A stretch of DNA of 64,000 nucleotides from Euglena gracilis (Eukaryota), in contig CP154954.1 in NCBI GenBank assembly GCA_039621445.1, forward strand, positions 43,088,632-43,152,631. Reading direction: 5' to 3'. The notes beneath the pieces were generated by a model. That model ran no database searches, was not told the DNA's origin, and was given only the letters and a program-made list of their open reading frames with translations. This document shows positions 25,584 through 58,529 of the stretch, in pieces (the first letter of the stretch is position 1; each line of letters starts with the position of its first letter). The position numbers were made by a program, and so were the translations under genes.

Positions 25584-27802
25584 TTCAATGCAAACACAAG
25601 TCAAAGCAAGCAAGCAAGCAAGCAAACAAACAAACAAACAAACAATTTAAACAAACAACGCAGCAGACAACAGCGATGACGACGACGACAACTGCAGCAA
25701 CTGCAGCAACAGCAGCAGCAGTATTGGGGTGTGGCGTGGTGCAATGTCATACTCTGTGTCTCTGTGTCTCATCGGGGCACTAATCCAAGTGGATCTCTGT
25801 CCCGGAGCGACCACCGCCCCAGTGAGGAGAGAGGAAGAGGGCCCACGCCCCTGTCTCCCATCACGTACCCCCTCCTTTCCCCCGCCCCTCGAGGGCTGGA
25901 AGCCGGACAGGGGGAAGCGTGCCAGGTGGTTTGGGGCTTTTCATCGGCCGTGTGGAACTGTGTGGACGAACCCATCGGAACGGGGGGGACCGCTGAGGCA
26001 TCGTTGGGGACGGTGATCGGGGGCAACTTTTTTTCTGGAAGGGCAGGTGTGGCACAACGTGACACAAACCATCTTTCCCACACCAATGGTCGGTAATCAT
26101 ATTAATCATTTTATTGTTATCTGTATTTTTTTTTTGGCTTGGGGACATTGCCCACAAAAAAAGCATCAACTTTTGATTAAAAAAATGAAAGTTTTGAACA
26201 GAACAGCAACAACAGCAACAGAACAGCAGAAGAATTTGTCGCTCGTGTTGGGAAAACGGTGGCAAAAAGCACCTGATTGTCAGAAAAGAATGGCTTCGTG
26301 TCCGAAATTGTGTGTGTGTGTGTGTGTGTGTGCGTCCGTGCGTGCAGGAACCGCAAATTGATGGTCTTTTTGGGGGACAGCAGCCCAACCAGACTTCATT
26401 TTAAAGAACTGCACACTTCTGGCTGGTCATGTGGATCCCCCCCCCGGGTCCACCCCCAGTAGCCAGGCATTGGCTCCAAAAAAAAAAAACAGAAATGGCC
26501 ATGCCCAACGGTCGGACAGCTGGAATCAAACCGACCACCCCGCCGCCCATGGCCCCCCAACCCCCACACAGACCACGTCCCAAACCTCACTGTGGCTCTC
26601 CGGGTCCACACGAGCGTTTTCGCCGACAGATCGGGCTTCCCCCTGGCCCCGCCCCTCCCCTGGCGAGACGCGTTTCCTCGGGGAGGGCCGTGTGCAGTGA
26701 GGCTGGCCCGGGGAGCCGTGCCCCGCGATTTGCCCACGCCCGGCCTCCGGGTTTGTCCCTCTCGTGTGAGGAATGGCGTGGAAGGCACACTTTGGGGGCG
26801 GAAGTTCAGGTTGGAGGGAGGGGGGGTTGCTGGTGGATTGTGTTGGGGGTGGGCCGCAACCCAACCAAGCAACGTTTTTGCAAGCATTTTTTTCCAGCCC
26901 GTTGGTGCTGCCAGCCGCGGCCATGTACCCTGCAGGGAAGTTTCCCCCACTCTTCCGCTCTTCATTGTTAAAACAGAGCCTGGTGGCCACTTCCAAGTGT
27001 ATTTTTGAATGTTACAAGTCGGCCGTGCAATTTGATGCGGCAACTTCCGGGGGATGGGGGGGGGGGATTGTAGATTGGGGGCAGCAGGAGGGCAAGCCTG
27101 TTTGCTTGCCTACCCAGCCAGGAAGGATGTTCATGGCAATGCTTTTTTTGGCCCTGTGCCAACTGTCCCGAGAGTATTTTCCCCCTCCCCCGTCCAGTCA
27201 CAGTGTGGCCTTGCACAGAGCATGTTTCTTCGGACATTTTATTTTCAGTAAAAGCGCTCCAGAAGCTTCGTGATAGTTTGGCACAGCAGTTTTTGAACTT
27301 CCTTTTTCTCTCTCACATTTGACCCATGTGGCCCAACAGGACCAATGTCCATGGGATGGCAAAAGTGCCACCTGGCAAAGTTGGCACAGGATGGAGTGCT
27401 GCAGATTAACCCTCCCCCCAGATAATAACCCCCCCAAATAATAATAATCCCAATAATCCCCCCAGAATTTGCACTGAAAATGTGGATAAAAATCATAATT
27501 TCTGACAGTGAATACTGAAGAAATCGATTTTTCAGGATCATCTCCAAAAATGCTTAATTTTGAGAAAGTACAGTAAATGACCCTAAGAGGGGTTTTTTGG
27601 TGCTATTATGGGTCTTATGGGACTTCGAAAAATTTCGAAAATTTCAGGCGTTATCACCCTCCATGTAATACCCCCCCTCAGTCCAGGATTCAGGCAAAAA
27701 ATAATAATAATAAGCTCATAAATACTAAATACCCCAGGGGGGATCCATTCGGGAGGGGAGTTTACTCCAGAGCACCCCAAAGCTGATCTATGGCACTTTA
27801 TA

Positions 27803-28226
27803 TACCCCCCCCCCTATGTCCAACGACCCCCCTATGTCCAACGACCACCCCCCCCGGTCAGAGGACACCTTTTTGGAGGTTTGGCAAAAATTTTGGTCCC
27901 GGTGCGAAGCACCGGGCCGAAAATTTTTGTGCCCCAAATCGGTCAAAAATTGGCCAAAATGCCATTTTTGGCACTTTTTGGACAAAAATTTGTCAAAATT
28001 GCCCAAAATTTTCGGCGCAAAGCGCTGGAAGGGAAAATTTGACCTTATTTGGGGGGTGGGGTCCCGATTACCCACCAACATTTTTTTTGACCCCTTGTCC
28101 AACGACCACCCCCCCCCGGTCAGAGGACACCTTTTTGGTCACTACCCTATGTCCAACGACCACCCCCCCCCCCCCCCGGTCGGAGGACAGAGGTTACTGG
28201 TCGTTGGACATAGGGGGGGGAGGGTA
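27803..28226. mobile_element. TA-flanked MITE, family 1
   Basis: TIR cccccctatgtccaacgacc / ggtcgttggacatagggggg with TA on both sides; interior similar to 8453-8823. Confidence 0.8.
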
Positions 28227-31200
28227 AAGGGGATGGAGGCCGTTTCGGTCATGCTGGCGGGGAGCGAAGCCGGCGTGCCCGCGCCGCAAGGCCACCCGGG
28301 AGGGCCGACCCACTCCGGTGGCCACGGGGCCACACCCCCGTCGGCCCGGCACTGCTGCGCGACGGCGTCCGCCCCGGCCTGCGCCGCGCCGCGCACCAGA
28401 ACCAGACCCATGTCCATTTGTGGCCTCTTCGCCCCCCACAACAGCCCCTGCATGGTCAAGGGCAGAGACCTGACCCGAGGGGCAGGAGGGGTGGGGCAGT
28501 TCTGTTTCCAAGTGGTCAAACATGTCCAAAGGCGGCCAAAAGTTGCGAAAAAAAATGTGCAAAAATAGATTTAAAAAATGATAAAAATGGATCAAAAGCA
28601 GCCAAAAGTGGCCCTTGGTTTGCCATTTGGTGGCATTTTTGCCTGGGGCGGTGTAACGAAGCGCAAAACGAGGCGGAGCAGAAGCGAACAATATCAACAG
28701 CGCCGCCTCCCTGGTCGGCCTGACGTCCCCGGGGACACCCGTTGGTTTGCCGGAAGTCGGCCACCGCATTGCCGTGCCCCGCGGGTTGGCGGGGCCCCCC
28801 CCCAGCCAACCCCCCTCCCCCCCCCCCCGGACGACCGGCGCCGGGCGGCCCTGCACTGTTCCGCCTCCCCCCCCCTCGCCACAGCGCCGGACCAACGCCT
28901 TGGCCCTCCCCCCAGTGAGAGACCCCGCCTGCCCCTCCTGTGAGACAGCGGGGCCTGAGAGAGGGAGGGGGAGACGGAGGCCGGGCGGCGGCGGGGGCCC
29001 CGTGGCGCCCTGGCACCCGGGATGCCCGGCCCCCACCCCCCCGCCCGTGCCGGGACGGCCAGGGCGCAACAAGCTCCGGCAGGGGGTAAACGCAAACGCG
29101 TTTTTTTGTGGTTTTTGCTTTTTGCCTTTTTGTGTGTTTTTTTGTTTTTTTCAGTTTCTGATTTTGGCAAAAATTGCTCGCCGTGTTTTCTCCCAGGCCT
29201 CGCCGGGACAGTGTTGGGATTCCAGGCACGCAAGGAGGCCGACGTAGGCGCCGAGAGGAGCTCCGCCCTGCGGCGGGTTCGCCAACGACTGCGGTCGGAT
29301 CGCTGGCTTTTGCCGCCCCTCCCCCCCCCCCCCCCCTCACCCCCCCTGTGTATATGAGCAGCCTGCGCAGGCAGTGTGGGCTGCCGGGACAACGGCGACT
29401 CAGTGTGTGTCTGCTTGGTGCTGGCAGTGTAGCCCAGGCCACCAACTGTTGAAAAAAGAAAATATCTGAAATCATTGCAAATCAAATGCATTTCTTATAA
29501 TTGTTTCTTGATTCAGATTCTTGAACACATTTTTTGTGATCGTCACGTACCAGGAGCCTGGGGGTGGGCGAGGATTCGAGGTATCCCCAGAGGGGGTTCC
29601 TCTATTTTCTCGTGCAAGAGCACCGAAAAGAAATTGGTCATATTGACCCCCCCTTGTTGGTCCCTCTGAACCCCCTCCCCCCCCCTCAAGGCCCCTGGTG
29701 GTGAGTGCCGACCCCCCGGGTTCTGAGAAAAACCTTTGATTTATTGAAGACTATGTCGAAAGGATGTCCTTTTGGCCAACCAGCTTTGGCTCATTGGGTG
29801 TATGGCAACTTTCGTTGGTGTTGTTGGCGTTGTCGTGGTGGTTGTTTGCGGTTGCTTGAGTGTTTGTGTGTTTGTTGCGCTTGTGTTGTGTTGCATTGCG
29901 TTGTGTTTGAATCACATATTCGTTTAGCCGCCGGCCGTCCCCGGGCCGGGGGGGAATGTGCAAATTGCATAGTTTGCGTTTTTTTTTTGCTCAATCGAAA
30001 ATCTTGAGAATTTGCACTTTTTTGGATGATTTGCATTTTTACATGATGAAAATAATGAAAATTTTTTAATGAAAATTTGTGAAAAAGTCGCATTTTTTGT
30101 TGTTTTTTTTTGCACGTTTTTCCTTTCTTGTGTTTTTCCAACATTTGCACAGGCAAAACAGGCAATTTGCTCCACTACCAGCAAACGCTTATTTGGACCT
30201 AATTCACATTAGCAGGAGCACTGGTACAAGTGGATGTCAGGTGAACCACCACATGGCTTTGCAGTTTGCACCTACATTTTCTTTGGTCTTGTATTTTTGG
30301 AGCAGATGAAAAAAATTAACCTTTCCAGTGGAAAAGTGCTCAGCCCCAAAGGAATTAATATTCAATTTACATATTTTTTTTCATTTTTTCCCTTTTTTTT
30401 GCATTCCATATTTTGAGGAGCTTTGTTACATGTTTCCAACAATGTTTGGGGTGTGGGTGACTGGCTTTTTTAGAGTGATTGACTGGTTTTGATGATTGAC
30501 TGGCCCAGGGGGTCGGGGCAGCAAAAAAAAGCACCAAAATGACCCGGTGCCGAAGGCGCCAGAAAAATGAAAAGGATTTGTCTTTTTTTTTTCACGTTTC
30601 TGGTCATTTTTCCCTCGGATTCCAGAGTGGCCAACCCCCGCAGGGGGGAGGGTTAGTGATTTACTGTTTTCCGGCGGAAACAAGTGAGTGCCTGACTGGT
30701 TTCTGGAAGAGTGGCGTGGCCCCTCCCTCCAGGGGTCGGTCAAAAAAAAACTGGACGGTTTGCATTGGCAGTGCTGCGTGGCGGTGTGGCGTTTGTTGTC
30801 CGCATCGTGTCGGTCATTTAGCGCTGCTGACTCGTCACTCGCCCGGAACCCGGTCGGGCATCCTCCCCACTCTCCCCAGGGAGCCTTTCCCCCGCCAGAC
30901 CGTCTCCATCAGATGCCCCCTGCTGAAGGGAAAGATGTTCATGGCAAAGGCGTGGCAGGGGTCCCTGCGCCGCGTCCACACTGCGCCAGGGGGTGTTGGT
31001 GTGCATCCATTTGTGTGTCTTTGTTTGTTTTTCCTCTGTGTTTTTTTTGTGTGTTGGCGTCACCACAGCGTTAGTAGCTCCCCGGCATTGCATTATCTGT
31101 TTGGACCCATGTGCTATTGCTGTGGGGCGTTTGAAGAACCGCTCACATATGCGCATGCAACGCACACACTGGCCCTCCCTCAATACACACACAATATGCA

Positions 31201-31576
31201 ACGCAACGCAACGCAACACATAAATACACTATATGCACACACACACACACACACACAACACACACACACAACACACAACACACACACAACACACAACACA
31301 CAACACACACCCACCCACCCACCCACCCACCCACCCACACACACAACACACACACACACACACACAGCACACAACACACACACAACACACACACACACAC
31401 CCACACACCCACACACACACACCCACACACACAACACCCACACACACAACACACACACACACACACTCAAACAACACACGGCGCACATAAGCAAACTTTT
31501 CACACGTGTTGTGTGTTAAGTGTTCGCCTTGGCACCAAATCACGCGTCACCGTCCGGGGGTGGAAGGGCTGTCCCA

Positions 31577-51283
<19,707 letters not shown>

Positions 51284-51961
51284 CGGGGCGCCCGGGGCCC
51301 CAGCCCCCCATCCACCGGGATGGCGTGGGGCGGAGGGGGGGGGGGGGGAGTCCCTGCCTCCACCCCCTCCACCCCCATGGGCCGCCCCCGCCTCCTCATC
51401 GAGCATCGGGGGGCCAGGCCCAGGCTGAATTTAAAGGCGGTGCCGACCCCCAGGGTGGGGGAGGGCACATGGCCAAAAGGGCCTGGGCACTCGGCCAAGG
51501 CATTTCCGGCGCCACAGGCTCCGAAAGCCCAGAAAAGCCATTTCTGGGCACGTTTTGGCCCGCGACCAGGCGGGCCCCGACCCCCCCCCCCGTGCCCTGC
51601 CTGCCCAGGCACTCCAGGGCACTCCGAGACCCCCCTCCCTCCCTCCCCCCGGGGTTGGTCAATTTCAGCCTGGCAGATCCCCCTCCCCCGTGGCAGTGTG
51701 GTGTTGGGGGGGGGGACAGCAGGGTATGGGACAGACCCGTTAGGACAGGTGGAGAAGGGCGGGGGCTGGGGTACCGCCGTGGAGGGCTCCTGGGCTGCCA
51801 GTTCCCTGTCTGCTGTACTATACGCCTCCCCGTCCCCGGGGTCTATTGGCTCTACCCCCCCCCAACACACCAAACTGAGTCAACTCAAGCTTTACCACAA
51901 ACACACCCACACACCCACCCGCACAGACATACACACCCACCCACACACACACACACACAAT

Positions 51962-52009
<48 letters not shown>

Positions 52010-52988
52010 CCCATTGTCTTGGGCTGCTGCTGCGCCCAATTGCAGTTCGGCCATGTCTCAGCCTAGTGGCCAACCCCCTCCCTTGCACCCCATCAATAGG
52101 GATGCTTCCGCACCATGTGCACCGGGTGAGAAGCATCACTTGAGCAGATTTTCCATCCAAATTTCAATTGATAGCTATTTTCAAGTCAAGCTTTGCAGTA
52201 TTGTGATGCGGAAGACACGGTGCACGGGTGCACGGTGCACGGACACAGCAAAAAAAGTATCTTTTGTAGCAGTTTTTGGGATATTGGGACCCTCTGTCCA
52301 CGCTCCGTTGTTTATGGGATATTGCCCCCCTTGCAATAATTGTGATGATATTGGTTTTAAGCCCCCGCAAAAAAAATTGGTTGATCTGGAACCTTGATGA
52401 GGTGATGTGATTGTCCATGGATTTTGGGAAATCTGGCATCAACAGAAAAAGGGGGTTTTTGTGAACTCCCCTTGTGGGGTTTGCAAGATCTGGCAGCAAA
52501 GACAAAAGAAAGGGTGACGATTCATAGCTTATTTCACATCATGAGGGGAGGTCCTCGTCAAACGTGCCGAACCTGAACAATTTCACAATGAAACGGGTGT
52601 TTGTCTGCAACAGATTGGTTGGTAGTCATCTGGAATAGGATATGTCTTATTGGTTGAAATTTCCTGATGGGTCGTTAATGGTGGGGAGTCGTTTTCACAG
52701 GGGAGTCGTTCTAAATGGAGTTACGATGGACCCAGGGACAGTCACGTTACAAGCACACTTCTGGAGGAGGAAAAATCCACAGCAGTTTTCTGATTATTTT
52801 AAGGCATCTTTTTCCCCTTCTGTGGTGCATTTTAGGGGGGACTGGAGGGAATTTTTTGGTTTGGCTTCGACAAATTTTACCCAGAACTTGTGGGGGGGGG
52901 GGGTTGGTTAAAGTGGCTTTTGGATGACCAAATTCAATCAGCGGTTGGCCACTTTATTTCTCTGGTTAATTGTTGAAGGGCTTTTGCC

Positions 52989-53372
52989 CAGGGTTTGATA
53001 TAAGGAGGGCGTACATGGTTTAGGTGGGGGCACACCCCCCCTCCTGGCCCGCAAGGGGGGGTCCGGACCGACCCTCGGGGGGTACCCGGGACCCCCCCAA
53101 AAGGGTCAATTTTTTCCTCCGGCGCTTCGCGCCGAAATTTTTTTGCATTTTGGGCACATTTTTGCCCAAAAAGTGCCCAAAATGGCATTTTGGGTCGTTT
53201 GGGGGGTCAAAATTTTTCGGCCTGGCGCTTCGCGCCGGGCCAAAATTCGGTCACCCAGACCGCGCGCGCAGCTGTTTAGGTGGGGGGGGTGTCCCCCCAC
53301 CCCCCCTCCTGGCCCGCGGGGGGGGGGGGGGGGCCGGACCACCCCCCCCACCTGTCCTTACATCGAACCCTG
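52989..53372. mobile_element. hAT-like MITE (intergenic)
   Basis: TIR cagggtttgatataagga / tccttacatcgaaccctg; TSD cttttgcc / cttttacc (7 of 8). An internally deleted copy lies at 15717-15843. Confidence 0.85.
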
Positions 53373-54729
53373 CTTTTACCTTGGTTAATTATCTACCCCA
53401 CCCCAAAATGTTTAAAATGCCTCAGTAAAAACCAAATGCAGCCCAAAATCAAAAAAAAAATTGACCAATCCCAAAATTGGAAAATGACGTTTGGCGAGTG
53501 AAACAGTGCCGACCACAAACCAACCCCTAACCCGCATCACACGTCACCAACGGTTGCCACGCCACATTTATGGCCTGGCCACCCTGTAAATCGGCGTTTA
53601 TGTGACCCCTCCCAAGACATTGGGCGATGCTTTGCTTGCTGTTTACCGTGTGTTCATGGGCATTTGGTGTATGTGTGTGTGCGCGCGTGTGCGTGCGTGC
53701 GGGCACACGCACTGAATGTCTGTGTGTGGAGGCAGATAAGTCATCCCCCCCTAAAGAACACTCCCCAAACAGGAGGGGACCGCAAGAGGTTGCGTCGGTT
53801 TTGATGTGTGTTCTCGGAACCAAACATAACTGTCCTCTCTGCTCTCTGGTTTACAAACGCAGTTAACTGGAGCTGCAACCAATCATTGAGGTATCAAAGG
53901 CATGCGATTAGGGTCAGGATTGCACACGTAATTTTTGAACCTGAATCTCGACGTCATGGAATTGACCTCCAAACAGTGCCATGTGCATTGGCCCTGGATG
54001 GTCGTTCCCAGCTTTGAGATCCGTTTGCAGAAGGAAAGAATGAAACCGACTCGTGGAGTTACACGGATTTGGTTTGGTTTTCGTTGATTAGTTTGGAATT
54101 GGTTGTTGCATTCAAGGTTTTATCTTTTCTTTTCAGCGGGAATTTTTTTTCGGAGGCGACAAAACCACCATTGTTCCGAACACTCTGCATAGCCCCCCAG
54201 GAAATTGCCCTCCCCGGGAAAATTTCATTGAGCCCCGTGTTCGCTGATCTGTCACCATAGGGACCTCTCACCTATCTCTGTACCTGTCACCTGGAGAATT
54301 GAGTGGATTTTTTTATTTTCAAAATTTTGACCCAAAAATGAAAAAAATCGTTCATGCATTTTTTGGGGGGTTTCTGGGCCAGTGGGGGTCGAAAGCTTCA
54401 TGTTTTCCCTTTGGACCGGACCCCCTCCCAGGAAATTGTCACCTACCTCCGAGTCCCTGACCTGTCACCTACCTCTGTATTTGATGACCTGGCAGGTGAC
54501 AGTTGCGGGTGGGGGGAGGCTGGTGTCTGAATGGATGATTTCACAGATTTTTTGTAAAGTAGTTGTTTCTTTCCAGATTGCGAATGGAAACTACAGACCC
54601 CGCAAAATCTTATTTTTTTGCAAAAATTTTGCTCTCCTTCCAATCTCATGTGTGTTGTGTGTGTCGTGTGTGTGTGTATGTATGTGTGTGTGTGTCTATG
54701 TGTCTGTATGTGTGTGTGGCTGTTGAGCA

Positions 54730-54925
54730 TCGCAGTCTTGTCATCCACCACTCTGTCCGCCACGTTTGTTGGCCGGGGCCGTGCCACCACCGCCCCGTCC
54801 CCAACCGCTACCCCCCCCCCACCGCCGCCTGCGGCCGCCGCGGCCCAGCCCTGCCAGATCCTCGGCACGGCCCCCGCTGTGGTGGCCGTCGCGTATCGCG
54901 CCGCGCCGCTCGACACGCATCGGGG
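54730..54925 (+). other. Possible isolated exon(s) of a third gene
   Basis: GC-rich coding-like stretch (QILGTAPAVVAVAYRAAPLDT) with CGG/CTG intron-like flanks; no partner exons identified. Confidence 0.25.
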
Positions 54926-55535
54926 GCCCCTGCCCCTCCCCTCCCCCTTCCCTGCCCCCCCCCCAGGCGCCACTTCCCACGGAGCACCTGACAGGCTTGG
55001 CGCTTCGCGGCTGGGCCACACTGACTCCCCCCCATGCCAATGAACCCTAATGCCCAGTGAACGAGGGGCGTCCGAACTGTCGTGCTTGTCACCTTTGAAG
55101 CAATACAAACACAAAATGCACCCCACACCCGATGAACGTCCCCCCAGATCCAGACGGTACGGACCGTCCTTTTGATGTTCATGCCAACCCATGAGGCACA
55201 GTCCTCAGTGGCAACTTCCCAGGACATGGCAAATCGGCCTCCACATAAAATTGTCCTAAAAATTCACTGGGAAATCGAAAAATCCCCCTCGAAAAATGTG
55301 CATTGTGTGCACATGCTGGGGATTCCCCTCGCCTGCGTTCAAAGGGGGTTAAATCCATCGCAACACCTCAGTGAAGCCACCCTATCGAAAAAATGGGGTT
55401 TTCACAGAGCTTGTGTTTCTTCACACCACCAAGAACCACGCGAGTGTTTTTTATTCCGCTGAGGAGAAATTGTGTGGAAAGCAGGCCTTCTAAGTTTGAC
55501 AACCCCCCAAAAAAAATCCAAAAAGGTCCTCCAAT

Positions 55536-56440
55536 CAGGGCGTCGCTTGAGCACCCCATCCCCAGGAAGGGGGGGTCCAGCCAGCAGCCTTTTTCTAGCC
55601 CCAGACTCCCCTCCATCGACCATCGACGAGTTTTTTATTTTATTTTGCACCCTGCCCAAAGGGTGGCTGGAGGCTCCCCCCCCCCTTGCCCACCACCCAT
55701 CAACAACGACCACCCCCCGGTTTGGGGTTGCACGTAAGGGGGTGCGTACAACCACTGGTCTGCAAAGGTGTGCGTACAACATCTGGTCGGGGGTTGTAGG
55801 TGGCTTTGAAAATTGGGTCGTTTTGGCACCCAGTCGTACGCCCCCCCCCCCGGGGTTGCAGGTTGGGGGCATGTACGACCCCCCCCCAGCTGGAGATTGT
55901 AGGAACCCAGCCGGTGGGCAAAGGGGGGGTACCAGATTTTTTGTTTTCGGTTTCCAAATTTTGGTCCAAAATTGGGCGAAGAAATGGGTCGGATTCGGGC
56001 TGCCAGGGCAGTTCAGGGTCAAGAATTTGAATTTTTGGGGGTCATGATACCTACCCCCCCCCCCCCCGGAAACTGTCACCTGACAGGTTGGCTAGTACAG
56101 GGGACCCTAACAACTTCGTATCATGACAGGTTGGCCGGTACTGGGGACCCGGACAGTTTCCCGGGCGGGACCCTGACAGGTTCTCGGGCATGACAGTTTC
56201 CCGGGGGGGGGGGGGTAGGTAATGGCAAAATTGGCAGTTTTGGGGGCATTTTTGCAGTTTCGATTTGTTTGGCGCGTGCCTGGTTCGCCCCCGGGTCCAG
56301 CCCAGTTTCAACCGGGGCTACAGGGGGGATCAGCCAGCAGCCTCGCAGTCAGCCAGCCAGCCCGCCCGCCCAAATTCCCAGCCAGCCCAAATTTTCCAGC
56401 CTCTGAGCTGGACCCCCTGGGGTCACTGAGCGACGCCCTG
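55536..56440. mobile_element. hAT-like MITE with nested insertions
   Basis: Perfect 12-nt TIR cagggcgtcgct / agcgacgccctg; TSD cctccaat / cctccagt (7 of 8). Related right ends (ctaagcaacgccctg) occur at ~9714 and ~23410. Confidence 0.85.
56048..56221. mobile_element. TA-flanked MITE, family 4, nested in the 55536 element
   Basis: tacctacccc..ggaaactgtca / tgacagtttcc..ggggtaggta; a related copy in opposite orientation at 24033-24192 and a decayed one at ~21480-21610. Confidence 0.75.
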
Positions 56441-58257
56441 CCTCCAGTTTGACGTCCAAAGAAACACTGTCATTCTTGCACCCCATCCTTGAAATTATCC
56501 CACCAGGTAGGTATTGCCTTGGCTCGGACTTGATGATTCTTCATGATGTCTCCTGGGGTTGTGCTCGCAGGCGGCAACTCCCCCCGCTGGACGGATGTCC
56601 CCGAAACCCATGGGTGGAGTCCTGCCTGGGGTAAGTAACGTTCTCTATCCAGCATTGTTGAGAGGTTGTTGGATTTCCACCTCCAAATTTCATTTCATTT
56701 CAGCAGCAAAATTTCAACCCAGCTGGATGTGGATTTTTTTACCCGCTTTCGGGTACCAGCAGGCTGCTGGACCTGCCTCCCTCCCCCTGGACCCCACCCC
56801 TGGGGGGGGGGGGGGGTCCAGCCAACGCCTTTTTTCCCAACCAGCACGTTTTTCCAGCAGTCCCACAGGACCCCCCAGGGGTTTTTAAGAAAACCACTGA
56901 CATGGATGGGAATGGGGGTTTGGGTTGCTGGGGACAGTTCTATGTTATGCTTTGGTTTGCCATTCTCAGGACTTGAATTAATTCGAGTGGGGATCCCGCC
57001 GTAAACCCGCCCTGAACAGAAGCCCTCGGGGCTTCTATTCAGACCGTTTGGTCGAAAACCGAGGAGGGGGCCTCTATTCGGACCAATGGTCAAAATCCGA
57101 GATGGGGATTCTATTCGGGGGGGGGGGTTACCGCCCAAAGCGCCACCGCCTCAGACGCTCATTGGGAAGCAGCAGAAAAGGTTTGCGGCGTCCCCACGAG
57201 GAGAGTTCCATATCCCTCGTGGCACATATGGGGTGTTCCCAACCCTCCTCCTGGCTGACCCCTGTGTACCTCTCTTTTGAGGGTCCACATCACCTATTCA
57301 CCTGCTCTGGATTCTGTTGGCATCCTGCCTTATATGTTGAACACGGTTTATTCTTTTGCGAACCCAAAAAAAATACCATTGGCATGCATTGAGCTTCGCA
57401 ATGCGCAATACGTCGCAAGAGTTTTTGCACCCTCATCCCAGTGGGTTATTACGGGCAAGCACCTCGGCAAGCACCTGAGCGATGCTGGGCGATGTTGGGC
57501 GATGCTGGATTTTTGGAGACCAGAGGTGGTGTCCCATGCTGGGCGATGGGCGATGCTGGGATTTCTTGTATATTTTGAAGAATTGAAAAGGTTAGAACAA
57601 ATAAGCAATCATTAACCACAATTCTCTTCTATCAAACCCATTGTTGCCATTTTGGAGTAATTATTTTCTAATTTGTGGACCATTTTGTGATGATTTGGGT
57701 AAACATTGGGTATGGCATTTTTGGCCGTTTCATGCTTTGGTGGTTTTGGGTCGTCAGTCATTTTGGCCGCGTTTCGGGGCCTTTTGTGGTAGTTTTGGGG
57801 CTTCTGTGGTCATTTTGGCCTGGATACTGGAAAAGATGGAGCGGGTGTCCCTTCGTGGTGCCTTTTTTCGCCGGGTTCAGCTGACTGGTAATTGCCCCTT
57901 CGAAACCCAGAAGAAAGGACAGAAAATGCGTCAGAAGAGGTTTCAAGCAAATAATTAACCACCAAATCGATATCCAGAAAGACGCGTGCCAGAAGAACAT
58001 AAATTGACAATTCAATCATAAAAATTCAATTTTTTAATTTCAATGAAAAATGAAGATTCAAAGAAATTGGATTCATGCCGCCGGCGCGGAGGGGCAGCAA
58101 TGGCTGCAGAAACTGTAAAAATTGAACGTGCGGACAAACCCTGACGAACCATTGCCGCCCCCCCAAAATTCCCAGAGAAAAATCCACCCAGTGACGGCAA
58201 CGGCCCTTTGGCCCTTGCGGCTCGAAAGCCAAGGCATTCAAAGTCAAAAAGGGACCA

Positions 58258-58458
58258 TCGGACTCCCACGGCGAAGGAAGGGGAAGGAAGAGACGAGGAG
58301 GGCGAAGCACAAGAAGATGGCGAGGTCCGTCATCCTTTTACAACTATTGTGTTCTGGTTTGTGGTGTGTGCGCGGGGGGGGAGGTGCTCCTTACTGCGCC
58401 GTGGCTCACCATCTTCTTGTGCTTCGCCTTTCTGGTCCTTCCTCCCCTTTCCTGGGAG
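58258..58458 (-). mobile_element. Detached 3' end (distal ICR half and right terminus) of the older DIRS element
   Basis: Inverted pair ggcgaagcacaagaagatggcgag (58301-58324) / ctcaccatcttcttgtgcttcgcc (58405-58428), homologous to the ICR/terminus pair of the intact element. Confidence 0.75.
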
Positions 58459-58529
58459 ACTGCCCTTGTGAGCAGCCTTGTCGAGGTGGTGTGTTTGGGG
58501 AGGCGTTTTTTGCTGTTCGGGAGTGATGT

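Larger units (their letters stand above)
21600..31000 (+). other. Scattered GC-rich candidate exons, possibly the low-complexity 5' part of gene B or a separate gene
   Basis: Coding-like GC-rich islands at ~21620-21990, ~23240-23310, ~25800-26010, ~26590-26760, ~28230-28410, ~29220-29310 and ~30900-30990. A small N3CAG...CTGN5 intron-like unit lies at 21846-21888 (caggggggagg pairs with cctccccccccctg). The frame could not be reconstructed. Confidence 0.35.

Noticed and set aside
25057-25783. PolyQ/polyN/polyC/polyV ORFs
   Set aside because: Trinucleotide microsatellite open in most frames, with no flanking coding signal.
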